Assembly (NCBI RefSeq): GCF_024256425.1
Contig: NC_071110.1
Span: 2,599,451-2,663,450, forward strand
DNA from: Clarias gariepinus
Lineage: Eukaryota
DNA: 64,000 nucleotides
Direction: 5' to 3'
The position numbers were made by a program, and so were the translations under genes. Below the pieces are notes generated by a model. The model saw only the letters and a program-made list of their open reading frames with translations. It was not told the DNA's origin and did not search any database. This document shows, piece by piece, positions 22,001-33,755 of this stretch (within the stretch, counting starts at the first letter, position 1; each line of letters starts with the position of its first letter).

Positions 22001-24179
22001 GACAATGGGAGAGAGAGAGAAAGAGGGCGGGAAAATGCAGCTTATCTAAAAGAAGTTTCGTTTTCTCAGAAAGTAGCTGGTTGTGTGTGTGTACAGTGTG
22101 TAAGAGAGCTTGGGCGTGGCTTTAAAACAGGAGATTTTAGATTAAATGAAATCAAACTTTAGATTAAATGAAATCAAATTCTCTGTAAAAAAATTTGTTT
22201 CAATACTACATACTGAAAATAAAACATATTTTGCCACAGAAGCATTTAAACTGTATCTGAGTCAAAGAGAAATAATAAAAAAAAAAATGGTATGAAGAAA
22301 TTGGAGGACAAAAAAGGCAGAATTAAAAAGCAGATGCATAAGGGTAAAACTAAACAAATTAAACAAGCCAAAATAAAATAGAACCCCACTCCGCTGGCTT
22401 CACACCTGTGTGAAAACACTGCAATGTGCAAATTATTTAAAATTTTTGCTTTAGAATTGCAAAAGTAAAGTACCCAAGGATGTTTTTTTTTTTAATCAAC
22501 TGTGTATACAATAAAGATATGTCATATATTATCATACAGTACACACAGGTGTCCCTAGTTGATTAACATGGCTTACATTTTATAAATGTGTAATGAATTT
22601 ATTAAAATTAACCTGGCAAATGGCAGACTTACTTTACATTCTGTGTAAATGTCATTATCAGTAAAGAACTAAAATATAACATACAGAATATTTATTTTAA
22701 TCAAGAAGTGAAGCAGTGAGATAATGTTTGTGTTCAGTGATTTTTGTCTACGATTATCATTAAAGACCAAACCTATTTTTGATTATACATTTGTATATAC
22801 AGTAATGTTCAACTTTTTTTCATGGCCAGCCCAATTAAGCCCACAATAAATATAGATTTTAATAAAGACATAATTTTCCACAATTTCTCCCACACATGCT
22901 CTAAGCCCGCGAATGTTTAAGTGTCCAGTGTGTTGGAGAAACGTGCAGGACATCGCCAGGCCTCGGTGTCAAGAAACACTTTACCAAAGTGTTATTCATC
23001 ATTCATCCAGACCTTTAGGTGGCGGTAGTGTACCACCTACTTTGCCTGCCGCAGATCTAATAGAAAAGAAGACCAAGAAGAAGAAAGAGTGGACAGTGAA
23101 GATCGCTTTCTAAATTAAGTGCGTAGTTATTACTGACAAGGAGTCAAAATGGAAGTCAAAACTACAGCGTCTGTAATAGAAAAACATGTAGTATAATTTA
23201 AATAAAATTACACAGCTTACGTTTGTTCTTACACTGCAAAAGGAATTCAGACGCTACCTGTGGTTTAGCATGTGGATTAGCATGTCTGGGTGACTAACAT
23301 TGGTGATGTTGAAAGTTGTTGTGGTTGTTTGTTTGTTTGTTTGTTTGCTTGTTTATCATTTAATGGTAAAAATCAGTCAGCTGGTTACGGTGTTATTATT
23401 AGGCTGGTCCTGAGTTAACCCTTAGGGGTCTAAGGCATTTTTGAAGACCTGCAGTGATTCAGTGCTCTTCTTAAATTTGTGTAAATTTCAAATATTCTAC
23501 TACTACCAATATAGTAGTTAATACATTTTTCATTTATTTATGTAGAGCACAAACTGGGCTTTCATAATGTGGCTGATATAAAAATGTCATAATGACACAA
23601 GATTCATGTGCAACTTTTAAACTTATGTCAAATTGCAGATACAAAAAAATCCAATTGCAAACTTTAGCAGAAAAGAAGAGAAAAAAGATAATAAATCTGG
23701 CAGATAGTTTTGAACACAGAAATGAGTTCATGAAAATGTTGGGTGTGTGTCCATAGGAAACAACTCAATTATACAGAAACACTCAGAAAAACCTGTAATT
23801 TAAGGGCAAAGTGTAAACTGATGTGCCTAACTATTTCAGAGCCTCTGTTTCACTAAATAATCTATTACTTATCATAAGTATGTAAGACACCTGGATCAGG
23901 TAACATCAGGTTTCACCTAGGGCTCCTATTGTCTCAGCTGTTACACCTACACACTCAGACTCCTCACACAAACCGGGCTTCTTCTGATATAAAAATAAAG
24001 CATGGTTTTTAAAACATTAATTGAAATACAATTAATATGTACACACACACAAAAAACTACACAGCAAAAATATGTTATAGTATATTATGACTGAAATAAG
24101 GTGCCTCATATCAGCACACGTTTTGCGCAGCACCACAAAGGCAGCGTTTTTTTGGCGAGTATAAATCTGTGTTTGTTGT

Positions 24180-24560
24180 ATTTCTACGTTATTATGTGAA
24201 GAATCTCTTATTCAATTCAATTTTATTTGTATAGCGCTTTTAACATTTGTCATTGTCGCAAGCAGCTTTACACAATCAAAAGAATCATTTAAGTTTGTAT
24301 GGAATGTGAGTGTGTATGAATCAGAATGGTCAGTTTGTCCCTGGTGAGCAAGCCGAGGGCGACAGTGGCAAGAAAAAACTTCCTGAGATGGTAATAGGAA
24401 GAAACCTTGAGAGGAACCAGACTCAACAGGGAACCCATCCTCATCTGGGTGAAACAGAGCGCAGGAATTGATCTGCATTCGTAGGTGTGTTAGGTGGCCG
24501 GCAGTTCAGCATAACAGTTGATGTTAGTTAATATGGAGTCCAGTTAGTTATTGGAGGCTC
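24180..24560 (+). mobile_element. Interspersed repeat family copy (…GAACCAGACTCAACAGGGAACCCATCCTCATCTGGGTG…). Further copies lie at 49860-50230 (+) and 50700-50960 (-).
   Basis: The three copies align by eye along their whole length. The ORFs inside them are repeat-derived. Confidence 0.65.
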
Positions 24561-25199
24561 AGGTGCTTGTTAAAGTAGGATTGATCTCCTATTCTCCTCT
24601 CTGATAAGAAATTCCACTCCTGAGTTATCGAGCAACTGCAGCCATGTCAAGTCCTTAGAGAAACAGCTGTCAACATCAGTCGAAGCCAGAACCGTCTTCA
24701 TGGTTTACGCCAGACACCAGACGCATCCCGGAGAGACACACGAGACAGATCCATGTGACGAGATCTCCAACCAGAAGTGGGGCACAAGGATGAGTCAGAC
24801 CGGTCCAGAGGGCAGAGGAAGACTGGATCACTGGCAGCTCAGGAACGACATGTGTAGCTCGACAGAGAGAGGGAAGAGAGAGAAGAGGAGAGGGAAGAGC
24901 AAAAAAGGAGAGATAACAGTTAGGTCTGGTCACAGTCACATAATGTATAAAGTGAATGTATATTTAGTGCAGAGTGCAAGCAGAAGCTTCGGCAGGACTA
25001 AATATAACAGCATAACTAAAAGGGAGAGCCAGAAGGAAACACAGACATGAGGGCTCCCTGAGATGTAAAGCAACCAATCACCTCACCGTCAGCAAACTTG
25101 AGTGATCAATGAGAGTGAGGAGGACAGCATCTAAACGTATTACTCTATGTCCATGAGTCTCCCAGATCTGCTCCTTTACCTATGGCAAATCTATTTATT

Positions 25200-26010
25200 A
25201 AAATGCTTGATTAAATAAATAGGTTTTTAGCCTGGACTTAAACACTGAGACTGTGTCTGAGTCCTGAACACTATTTGGAAGACTATTCCATAATTTTGGA
25301 GCTTTGTAAGAAAAAGCTCTGCCCCCAGCTGTAGTTTTCATAATACGCGGTACTGACAAGTAGCCTGCATCCTTTGATCGAAGTAGGCGTGGCGGATCGT
25401 AAGACACTAGCAGTTCACTCAGGTACTGCGGCGCGAGACCATTTAATGCTTTATATGTCAAGAGAAGTATTTTAAAATCAATGAAATTTCACAGGGAGCC
25501 AATGAAGTGAAGATAAGATAGGGGTGATGAACAACCAGACAGTAAGGCGTTACAATAGTCCAACCTAGAGGTGATAAAAGAATAAACTAATTTCCCTGCA
25601 TCGTTTAGCGACAATATATTTCTTATCTTGGCAATATTTCTAAGGTCAAAGAATGCTATCCTGCTAATATTATCTACATGTGCTTTAAATAAGAGGCTGG
25701 AATCAATAGTTACACCAAGGTCTTTCAGTGTTGCACTTAATGGAACAGAAAGGCCATATAAAGTTACATTGTGATCTAAAATCCTGCTTCCAGCTGCATG
25801 CGGTCATATGTCTTATCAGGATTAAGCAGAAGGAAATTAATTAACATCCAATCTCTTATATCCTTTACGCATTGCTCTACTTTGGCAGGCTGGTTTTTCT
25901 CATCTAGTTTTGCTAAGACATATAACTGTGTGTCATTTACTACTTTAACAAGTGCTGTCTCTGTCTTACAGTATGAATCTATATATCGGCACGCACGCAT
26001 GTTCATCTAC
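25200..26010 (-). mobile_element. LINE 3' fragment with a non-LTR ORF2 C-terminal tail (…LNGLAPQYLSELLVSYDPPRLLRSKDAGYLSVPRIMKTTAGGRAFSYKAPKLWNSLP…).
   Basis: This conserved tail peptide is common in teleost LINE 3' ends. An upstream RT-like C-terminal ORF is at 25776-26006. Confidence 0.6.
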
Positions 26011-26264
26011 CTTTGATCAAAACTTTGCAAAGTGAAAGAGAATGTGCGAAAAAGGTAAAAGTAACTTGTCAAACCACACTGGTTAAAAAAATAGTAATGT
26101 TAAATAGTAAGTTAATGTTAGGTTAGATGGGAATAATCTTGCCCTGATGTTAATTTCAGAAAATGCAAAACATGCTTCAAATTTAAAAATACATAAAGAA
26201 AAATTGCCAATATCACCATGTCACTCATGTTAATGATATATGTATGTAAACACCTGACAGTAAA

Positions 26265-26300
<36 letters not shown>

Positions 26301-27745
26301 AGAGGCATTTATTTCAAAGCAGGCTTTTGATTTTGCAGAATAACAGAAAACATGAGATTAAATACTTTTATTTCTCCATATACTCCCCTGCTACACTAAT
26401 GCACTTATCCCAGCATTTTGCTAGCGCTTGATAGCATCAGGGTAGAAAGTTTTCTCAGTATGCTGGGGATATAATCGGACTGCCTGCTTTACATTTTAAA
26501 CGCTGGCCACCCAGAAACTCCTTTAATGGTGCAAATGTAGAAACGACTTAAAGTGAGGTCAGGACTGTATGGGGGATGTGCAAATGACTCCTGTAATGTT
26601 TAAGTGGTGTTGATAAATTATTGTGTGTACTGTTCCCACAGATGGATCTCTTTCGCAAGTTCATGACAAGTTATCCATTGATTTTCCAGGATTAGGCATT
26701 CCACTCGCTTGTTTACAGAAAACACCTACAGGGGGCTCGAAGCCACCTCAACAGGTATTGTTATTCATGGGAGTACGGCCATCTTTAATACATTTGCACC
26801 GTTCAAATGTTTTACTTTGCACAAGAGTCTCATTACGGTTCTGTGGTTGAAGTCTTCTTAAAATGTCAATCGCTTTTATGCCTCCATTCACCAAAAATTT
26901 TACACAAGTTCCAATTCCACATAAATACCTCTTTTATTATTATTATTTTTAATGATAATAATAATAATGTATTACAATTTGTGCACACAGCTCAAGGGGA
27001 AATGACTATGACATGTGTAATGTTTTCGACCCTTGTGAACAGGTGGCACCACAGACACGGACACAAGACGAGGTCTTACGGCGAAACGGGTAATTTTATA
27101 TAAAAAGAAAATGGGGAAGGAAAGGATTAAAGGAAAGCGGAAGGGAAAAAGGAAAGGGATGTGAAGGTGTGCACCTGCAGGTCCGGTGGCAGTGCCCAAC
27201 AGGCATGCGGGCACACAGCTGGCACAAGGCGGTGCTGGGCAAAGTGGCAGAGTGGAGCACTCGGAGGTAGCGCTCCAGCACAACTCATGATGATGACCTC
27301 TTCCGCTGACACGAGCCAAGACCGGCCTTTTCCTTTTGGCAGTGGGGATACGAAAGCAGGTTCTGTGCGGGAGGTGCCTCGGGAGCTCGAGCAGCTATTA
27401 TCCAATAGCCGTCCTCTCGCGGAGATCGAAGGGGAAAGCATTCTGGTCTTGCCTTAAAAGTTTCTGGGGCATGTAACATCGCTCCTCTCTAGTACCACTC
27501 TCTTATACTCCACCGTGTGACTTCTTACGGTGTTACCTGACTAAACTCCGCGCTTCGCTTTTGTACAATGGAGAAAGCTCGAGTCTATTGATGTTGATTA
27601 TCGCCAGCCGGCCGACCTAGCGGCCCCGTTCGCCCTCTTTGCGCACCTGCAGAAGGGGTGGCCATCTACGTAGGGAGACTATGGAGTGAGCAAGGAGCGA
27701 GAACAGGTTGAGCCCATCACAGGCACAAGCCTTGACACATCTTTA

Positions 27746-28274
27746 TTACAATACATTTGTGTCACATAACCTTACAGATGAGTTTTTAGCCATACAGAAC
27801 CCAGCGTACAGAGGCTGAGTGAATGTGGTGTGGACTCTGTGGAGGAGCCTCATTGTGTCACAGATACTGTAGAAGGACAGAGTTCCTGCGTTGTGATCCA
27901 CATACACTCCTATTCTAGAGGTCATTGGACCTTGGATATCGGTTTTGATTTTGTTGTGCCAGAAACAGACAAAGGAAGACGAACACAGCAGAGTCCAAGA
28001 CTGACTGTTGAATCCAAGCAAACACTCATGACCCGTTCCTTTCCTGCTGATCTCTTTATATGCAACTGATATGGATACAACCCCGCTCCACTCCACCTCC
28101 CAGTAACAGCGTCCACACACACTCTCCTTACACAACACCTGTTCCCAGTAGTTAAATCTCTCTGGTTGATCAGAGTATTGCTGGTGTGTTTCACTGCGTG
28201 TCACTGATCTGTTCTTCTCAGACAGAATGAGTTGATGATGTGCTGTGGTGGGATCCAGAGTCAGATAACAGAAA
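27746..28274 (-). CDS. finTRIM-like locus 2 B30.2 exon (ILDFCYLTLDPTTAHHQLILSEKNRSVT…VCGRCYWEVEWSGVVSISVAYKEISRKGTGHEC…GVYVDHNAGTLSFYSICDTMRLLHRVHTTFTQPLYAGF…*).
   Basis: B30.2 motifs; acceptor ttttag|ATTTCTG. 552-nt open frame. Confidence 0.75.
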
Positions 28275-28319
28275 TCTAAAATTAATAAAATGTCCACAGG
28301 TTAGATATTAATGGGATGT

Positions 28320-28470
28320 AGTAGCTCAGTGATGTTGGACTACTGATGCGAAGGGTTTAAGTTTAAATCACAGTAGCTGGGCCTGTAAACAAAGCCCCTT
28401 AGCTCTCAACTGATCAGGTGTCTGAATGATATAAATGTAAGTCATACTGGATAAGGGCATAATATCTGGT
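28320..28470 (+). mobile_element. tRNA-derived SINE (head GTAGCTCAGTGATG…, tail …ACTGGATAAGGGCATAATATCTGG). An identical copy is at 39590-39745.
   Basis: tRNA-like A/B-box head and the conserved fish SINE tail. Confidence 0.6.
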
Positions 28471-29081
28471 AAAAATGAATCAGATTTAGATGTAAAACAC
28501 AAACATGTTTAGACAAAGTGTTAGGGGGTGTTTTACTTACACTGCAGAAACTCCTCTCTGTTTTTTGGCTGTAATATCTGAAATGCTGCAACTGGGGAAA
28601 ATGATAGAGACAAAAATATGAAATTGAAACAGTTTAAAACCTTGTAAGCTCAGATGGACACATCAATTAGACGCCAACTTGGTGGATCAGTCTTCCAATT
28701 TTGAATTTAAGATATCACCTGCATTTCTATTTCAATTAAATGTAATATTTAGATTTATCATTTCTGTTGACTTTGTCTGGTAAATTTAGCTTGATGTAAT
28801 TTACAATGTTTATACTCTTAAAGACTGAGCAAAAATGGTTTGTGTGTTAAAACCCTACTGCTATAATTGGTTATTAAAAGTCACATGATGAGTTACATGA
28901 GCAAGTGGAGGAAGAGCCTGAAAAATGGAAGACATGTGTGATGTAATGTGCAAAATATTTAACAGCGAACAATTTTCATTTAAAGCCAGCCTGACATCTG
29001 AAGTATAATTGTTCATTTTTATTGGATGGATTTTATGGCGCTCTGTACTGTGATGCAGGACAGAAATGTTTGCTTCTTTAC

Positions 29082-29202
29082 CTTGTGGATGGATTATGTT
29101 AAATTCCTCCTCACATATTTCCCCGACTCGTTTTTTCAGATCTGAGAGAGATTTCTTCACTCCATCAAATGTGTGATGTAGATTGACAGTGTACAGTGAG
29201 TC
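29082..29202 (-). CDS. finTRIM-like locus 2 internal exon (DSLYTVNLHHTFDGVKKSLSDLKKRVGEICEEEFNIIHPQ).
   Basis: In frame, 121 nt; acceptor gtgag|GACTCAC, donor CACAAG|gtaaag. Confidence 0.6.
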
Positions 29203-29426
29203 CTCACATCCAGGAGAAACACAGAGAGACGGGAAACTCTACAGAGAGGAAACACATCATAGAGAAGGAGAAAAGTGTAGGAGAGGAACGAATGAATCTC
29301 AGACTGAATCAGACCAAAGACACACTTGTGATCTCAGACAGGAACATTTATTGTTGCTGTAATGAGCTTTTAGGAGGAAACTTTGTGAGGAACAGCGCCC
29401 TCTGTAGATCAGACAGTGAGTGTTAC

Positions 29427-29659
29427 CTGGAGGAAGTGGATGTCATCGTGTGTGTGTGAAAGCTGCTCCAGCTCAGTGACTCTCCTCTTAAGATCAGCAA
29501 TCTCCTGCTCCAGTTGCGTCAGGAGTCGTTCAGCTCGACTCAGTTCAGCTTTCTCCTGAGCTCTGATCAGCTCCGTCACCTCCGAGCGCTTTTTCTCCAT
29601 AAGGCTGATCAGCTCAGTAAAGATCCTCTCATTGTCGTCTACTGCTGCCTGTGAACGCA
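29427..29659 (-). CDS. finTRIM-like locus 2 coiled-coil exon (…AAVDDNERIFTELISLMEKKRSEVTELIRAQEKAELSRAERLLTQLEQEIADLKRRVTELEQLSHTHDDIHFLQ).
   Basis: Paralog of 18604-18837. Confidence 0.7.
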
Positions 29660-29785
29660 TCTGTCAACACACATGCAATCCATTAATCAATCTCTCTATA
29701 TTGTTCGTATATTGTGTTTGTGTATGTACGGTATGTTTCTGATTGGTCATGTGTGTTTAGGTTTCTCTCTCCATTCTGTCCTCAC

Positions 29786-29881
29786 CTTAATAGTGTCCAC
29801 AGTCTTTTTCAGCTCCTGCACCTTATTCTGCTTCTCCTGGATCCTCTGTTGGGATTTCGTCTGCTCCTGCTTTAGTTTATT
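29786..29881 (-). CDS. finTRIM-like locus 2 coiled-coil exon.
   Basis: Paralog of 18963-19058; AG/GT borders conserved. Confidence 0.65.
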
Positions 29882-31057
29882 CTGAGACCAAATAAATTAG
29901 ACTTAAATAAAATGTTTAATTAAAAAACAAACATATTTCCTTTAGGAGTAAAAAAAAATATATATATAAGGGGAATCCTGGCTGAGGTGGCTCTGAGCCC
30001 ACTGCAGTCGTTCCCTTAAACATTCATTGAGTGAAACGCCTAGGCCTTGAAGGCTGACAGATAACTTGTCGGTAACTTTAGGAAGAGAAACATCTGTTTG
30101 TGGAAACTATACACACAATCATTTACCAACACCACTTGCACAGTGCAGGAACTCTGCTAGGAGTTATTGCCATTTATTGTTATCCCCCCTACAGTCCTGA
30201 CCTCACGCCAGCCATTTTCACATGTTTGGGGACTTACAGGACTTCATAGAGGCCAGAATTTTAGATCTGAAGCAGATTATGACTCTGGCATACTGAGAAA
30301 TCTTTCTACCTTAATGGTATCCAAGTACTAGTGAAACACTGGGATAAGTGCATTAGTGTAGCAGGGGATTATATAGAGAGTTTTTATTGTCAGAACTGTG
30401 TCCTGTTATTCTGCACAATTAAAAGTCCTACTTTCGGGTTATTTGTTAGGTGCTAAACAATGTTTCCTAAACAAAATGAGCTTTATCATTACCAACAATC
30501 ATATCTTTAAAAATAATAATAACTTAAAAAGATACATACATGTATTTCAGACTGACCCGGCACTGAAATTTAATTCATTTTAGGATAAATATTCATTATG
30601 AAAAGTTGGGTAACCAGAGCTAGTCTGTGGTAAAAACAGTGTTTTGGTGTCCCTGTGCATCCAGTTAATGAGTAAAAACCGTACTGCATTTAAATATTTC
30701 AGCAATATTGACTGGGTTCAGATAAAGTTCTTACTTTTTACTTGTAAACCTTTAGCTTTATACAGAGCTATGAAATATCTGGTGTGTGTGTAAGCCCAAT
30801 TAACGGAAAAAAACCTGTTTCAAATGAAATAATTATTTAAACATTGACACTTTAACACCATCACGCAGCTTTAACATTGTGCACGGCTTTGTGCTCTGTT
30901 GTTTTGTTGTAAATTCAATCATAATGTTGTTGGGTGTTGATGTGTACAATGTGCTTGACCTTTTCGTAAAGAAGCACAGTAAATGCCAGTTATAACACCA
31001 ATTAAATTAACTCAACAGAAACTACGTTATCTATAGAATTATGTAGTCTTGTCTGAC

Positions 31058-31639
31058 CTGTTTTTCAGTCCTTTCCGCTTTAGTTGAAACAGTATCATGA
31101 CCTTTATGGTCGTCTATCGTACACAAGTAACAGATGAAGCTCTGGTCAGTACGACAGTAGATCTCAGTCAGTTTGTCATGCTGAGAGCAGATCTTCTCTT
31201 GAAGCTTTGCACAAGGTTCTATTAACTTGTGCTTTTTAAAAGCAGGAGACTGATAGTGAGGTTGAAGATGATCTTCACAATAGGAGGTCCTGCACACCAG
31301 ACAGGAATTGGCAGCTTTGCGTTTTCTTCCAGTGCAGGAATCACACTCCACATCTCCAGGTCCAGCGTAACAGTGAGCCCTAGAAGCAGCTTCGAGTTTA
31401 GACTTCTTCAGCTTTTCCACCACTTCAGCCAGCCTGCGTTGAACAGGTCTAGAAGTGAAAGTTTCTCTATGCTTGGGGCAGCTGTAGACTCTCCTTTGAT
31501 CCTTGCAATTCCCGAAGTAATTACTACACACCTTACCGAAATTGTGGCCACGGGGGGTAGTCACTGGATCCCTTAAAGGGTTCAGACACACTGCACAGCT
31601 GAACTGATCCTGATTTACTGAAATATTTGCCTTAGCCAT
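31058..31639 (-). CDS. finTRIM-like locus 2 RING + B-box exon with the same ligand substitutions as locus 1 ([61 protein letters not shown]…).
   Basis: PRGHNFG and CPKHR are shared with locus 1. An ISRE is at 31681-31692 and GTGTGGCTTTAAAAA at 31743-31758. Confidence 0.7.
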
Positions 31640-31680
31640 TTTCCTACACTCTCACACACTTGTTCAGAAAGAAACATTTG

Positions 31681-31692
31681 AGTTTCGTTTTC
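31681..31692 (-). promoter_or_regulatory. ISRE (GAAAACGAAACT) 5' of locus 2.
   Basis: Exact consensus match, ~45 bp upstream of the ATG at 31639. Confidence 0.6.
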
Positions 31693-32059
31693 TTTTGAAA
31701 AAGCTCCCTGGTTCTGTTTATGGTGTAAATTGACAGAGAGAGGTGTGGCTTTAAAAAGACAGGCTTTGACATGTAGAGAATTATTTTCTATAAATGCTCT
31801 TTTTATTAATTGAGTTCTACAGACTATTACTCAAGTAACTTCTTTCTACTGAAAGAAAGGAGACAAAAATATTATATGTTTTCATTTGTTTATACATATA
31901 TAATTTCAGTTTATTTGAAATGTAATAATTCACTGCCCAATTAAAAAAAATTACTATCTGCATTTATCTAAGCCAGTAGTTAAGAGCATTTCCTTTCAGA
32001 CACAGTGAGTGACAATACAATACAAGACAAGAACTCAAATGATTAATGACTAAATATCT

Positions 32060-33100
32060 TATGAAATAGCCTTAAGAAAACCATGTAACCACTGGAGTGT
32101 GGAGCATTGGAAGGTCATGTGGTCTTATGAGTCCAGATTTACCCTGGAATTTAGCAGTAGAAATTATGTATCCAGCATGTCTAGTGCCTGCCAAACAAAC
32201 CTGTTGGGACAGTGGTATGATCTATGGTTGCTTCTGTTTGTCAGGTCTAGGTTCAGCAATGTAATGTGCCTCTTCCATCATCAGTACATGATCTTCTCAA
32301 GGGGTAGCTCAGTGGATAAGGCAGTGGATTACAGTTTGGAAGATCCCAGGCCCAGGTGGGCTCTTAAGCAAGGCCCTTAACCCTTAACTGCTCAGATGTG
32401 TAATGAGATAAAACTGTAAGTCGCCCTGGATAGGAGCGTCTGCCAAATGTAAATGTAAAATACAAAACAAAAAACAAGCGCTACATCTCAGGCCAAACAA
32501 GCTTCAATAAGCATGTTAAATGTTCAAGTCTGTGAGAGCACAAGACTACACAAGACTACACAAGCACTTCAGTTTGCGTAAAAGCGTAGCAATGAGAATG
32601 CCTCTTTTATCTGAAACATGGAAGCATGTTCAAGAAACTGCATCTGAACAAAGATTCTGGAACAGTGTGTTATGGACAGATGAGAAAAACATGACTATAG
32701 TTCCCATATTTGGGCAAACCAAACAACATTTCAGAAGAAACACCTCCTACCCACTGTCAAGTGTAGTGGAGGAGTAATAATTTGGGCTTGCTTTGCAGCA
32801 ACAGGACCTGGACACCCTGCAGTCATTGAGCCGGCTATAATCTCCTCTGCAGCCATCTGGCTGGCTGTTAAAGCTTGGCCGAAATTGAGCCATGCAATCG
32901 GACCCTGATGTGAAGCACATTAGAAATCTACAACAAAATGGCCTAAAAATAAAAAAAAAGGGCCTTGTCAAAGTCCAGACCTCAACCCAATTGAAATGTG
33001 TGTCAGGACCATAGTAGAGGTGTGTATAAGCCAATGGCCAAAAACCTCTTGTTTTTTCCACATATCCAGAACTTGCTACGTCAAGAAGGAAGCTGCAGGC
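32060..33100 (+). mobile_element. Degenerate Tc1-like transposase remnant (…VMWSYESRFTLEF…, …VLWTDEKNMTIVPIFGQ…, …GGVIIWACFAATGPG…). A tRNA-derived SINE (32301-32460) is inserted in it.
   Basis: Tc1 transposase motifs in broken frames. The SINE has a tRNA-like head and a GATAGGAGCGTCTGCCAAATGTAAATG tail. Confidence 0.55.
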
Positions 33101-33755
33101 ATCGCTCTCCCATGTGCGCTCCCCTGTCTTTGCCTGCCTTGCGCCACTTTCTTTGTGTGACTCGTCACACCTACCTGGTCTGCCTCACCAGGACTCTGAG
33201 GACTCTGCATTCACTGAGCTCTGACCTGTGGATGCACGCCATTCACATGGGCGCCACCAAAACCACTGTTCTGTCAAAACGTGTTATTCACCTAAGACTG
33301 TATAAATTTGAGCTCACTAAACACTGTGCTAAATAAAGACTGTTCATGCTTGTGGATTTTTTGTTCCAGTGTGTTCATCAGCTACCTAAGAATCATGAAT
33401 TATGTAACCACAATTACTGTATGTGTTCCAGATGAAACCACTTCAAAAGAACATGAAACCCTGCAGTTCAGTAGTGTACAGACCCAGGCTGCTTTGCTTC
33501 TTCTTGCTAATCATACTGTGTATGATCCTCATGATAGCAGTACATAATTCCTATTTCTTTATTGTGAAATACCAAATACTTCTTTTTAAATGTCAAAAGG
33601 TCTGCGCATGAATGCTGTGGAAAGACTTCCTATTTAGATAATCTTCTTCAAACACTCAATTACCCTGTGATGGGTAATTTTTAAGTGCCATATATGCAAC
33701 CAATTATACTTAGAAACCCTTAAAAACATCAAAGTAAATGAAGCAATGATTCATA

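Noticed and set aside
27096-27479. Overlapping ORFs (LCARMPVGHCHRTCRCTP…) also seen at 8148-8513 and 38615-38863.
   Set aside because: They lie in an interspersed GC-rich repeat present in three copies in both orientations. The frames are not conserved as protein.
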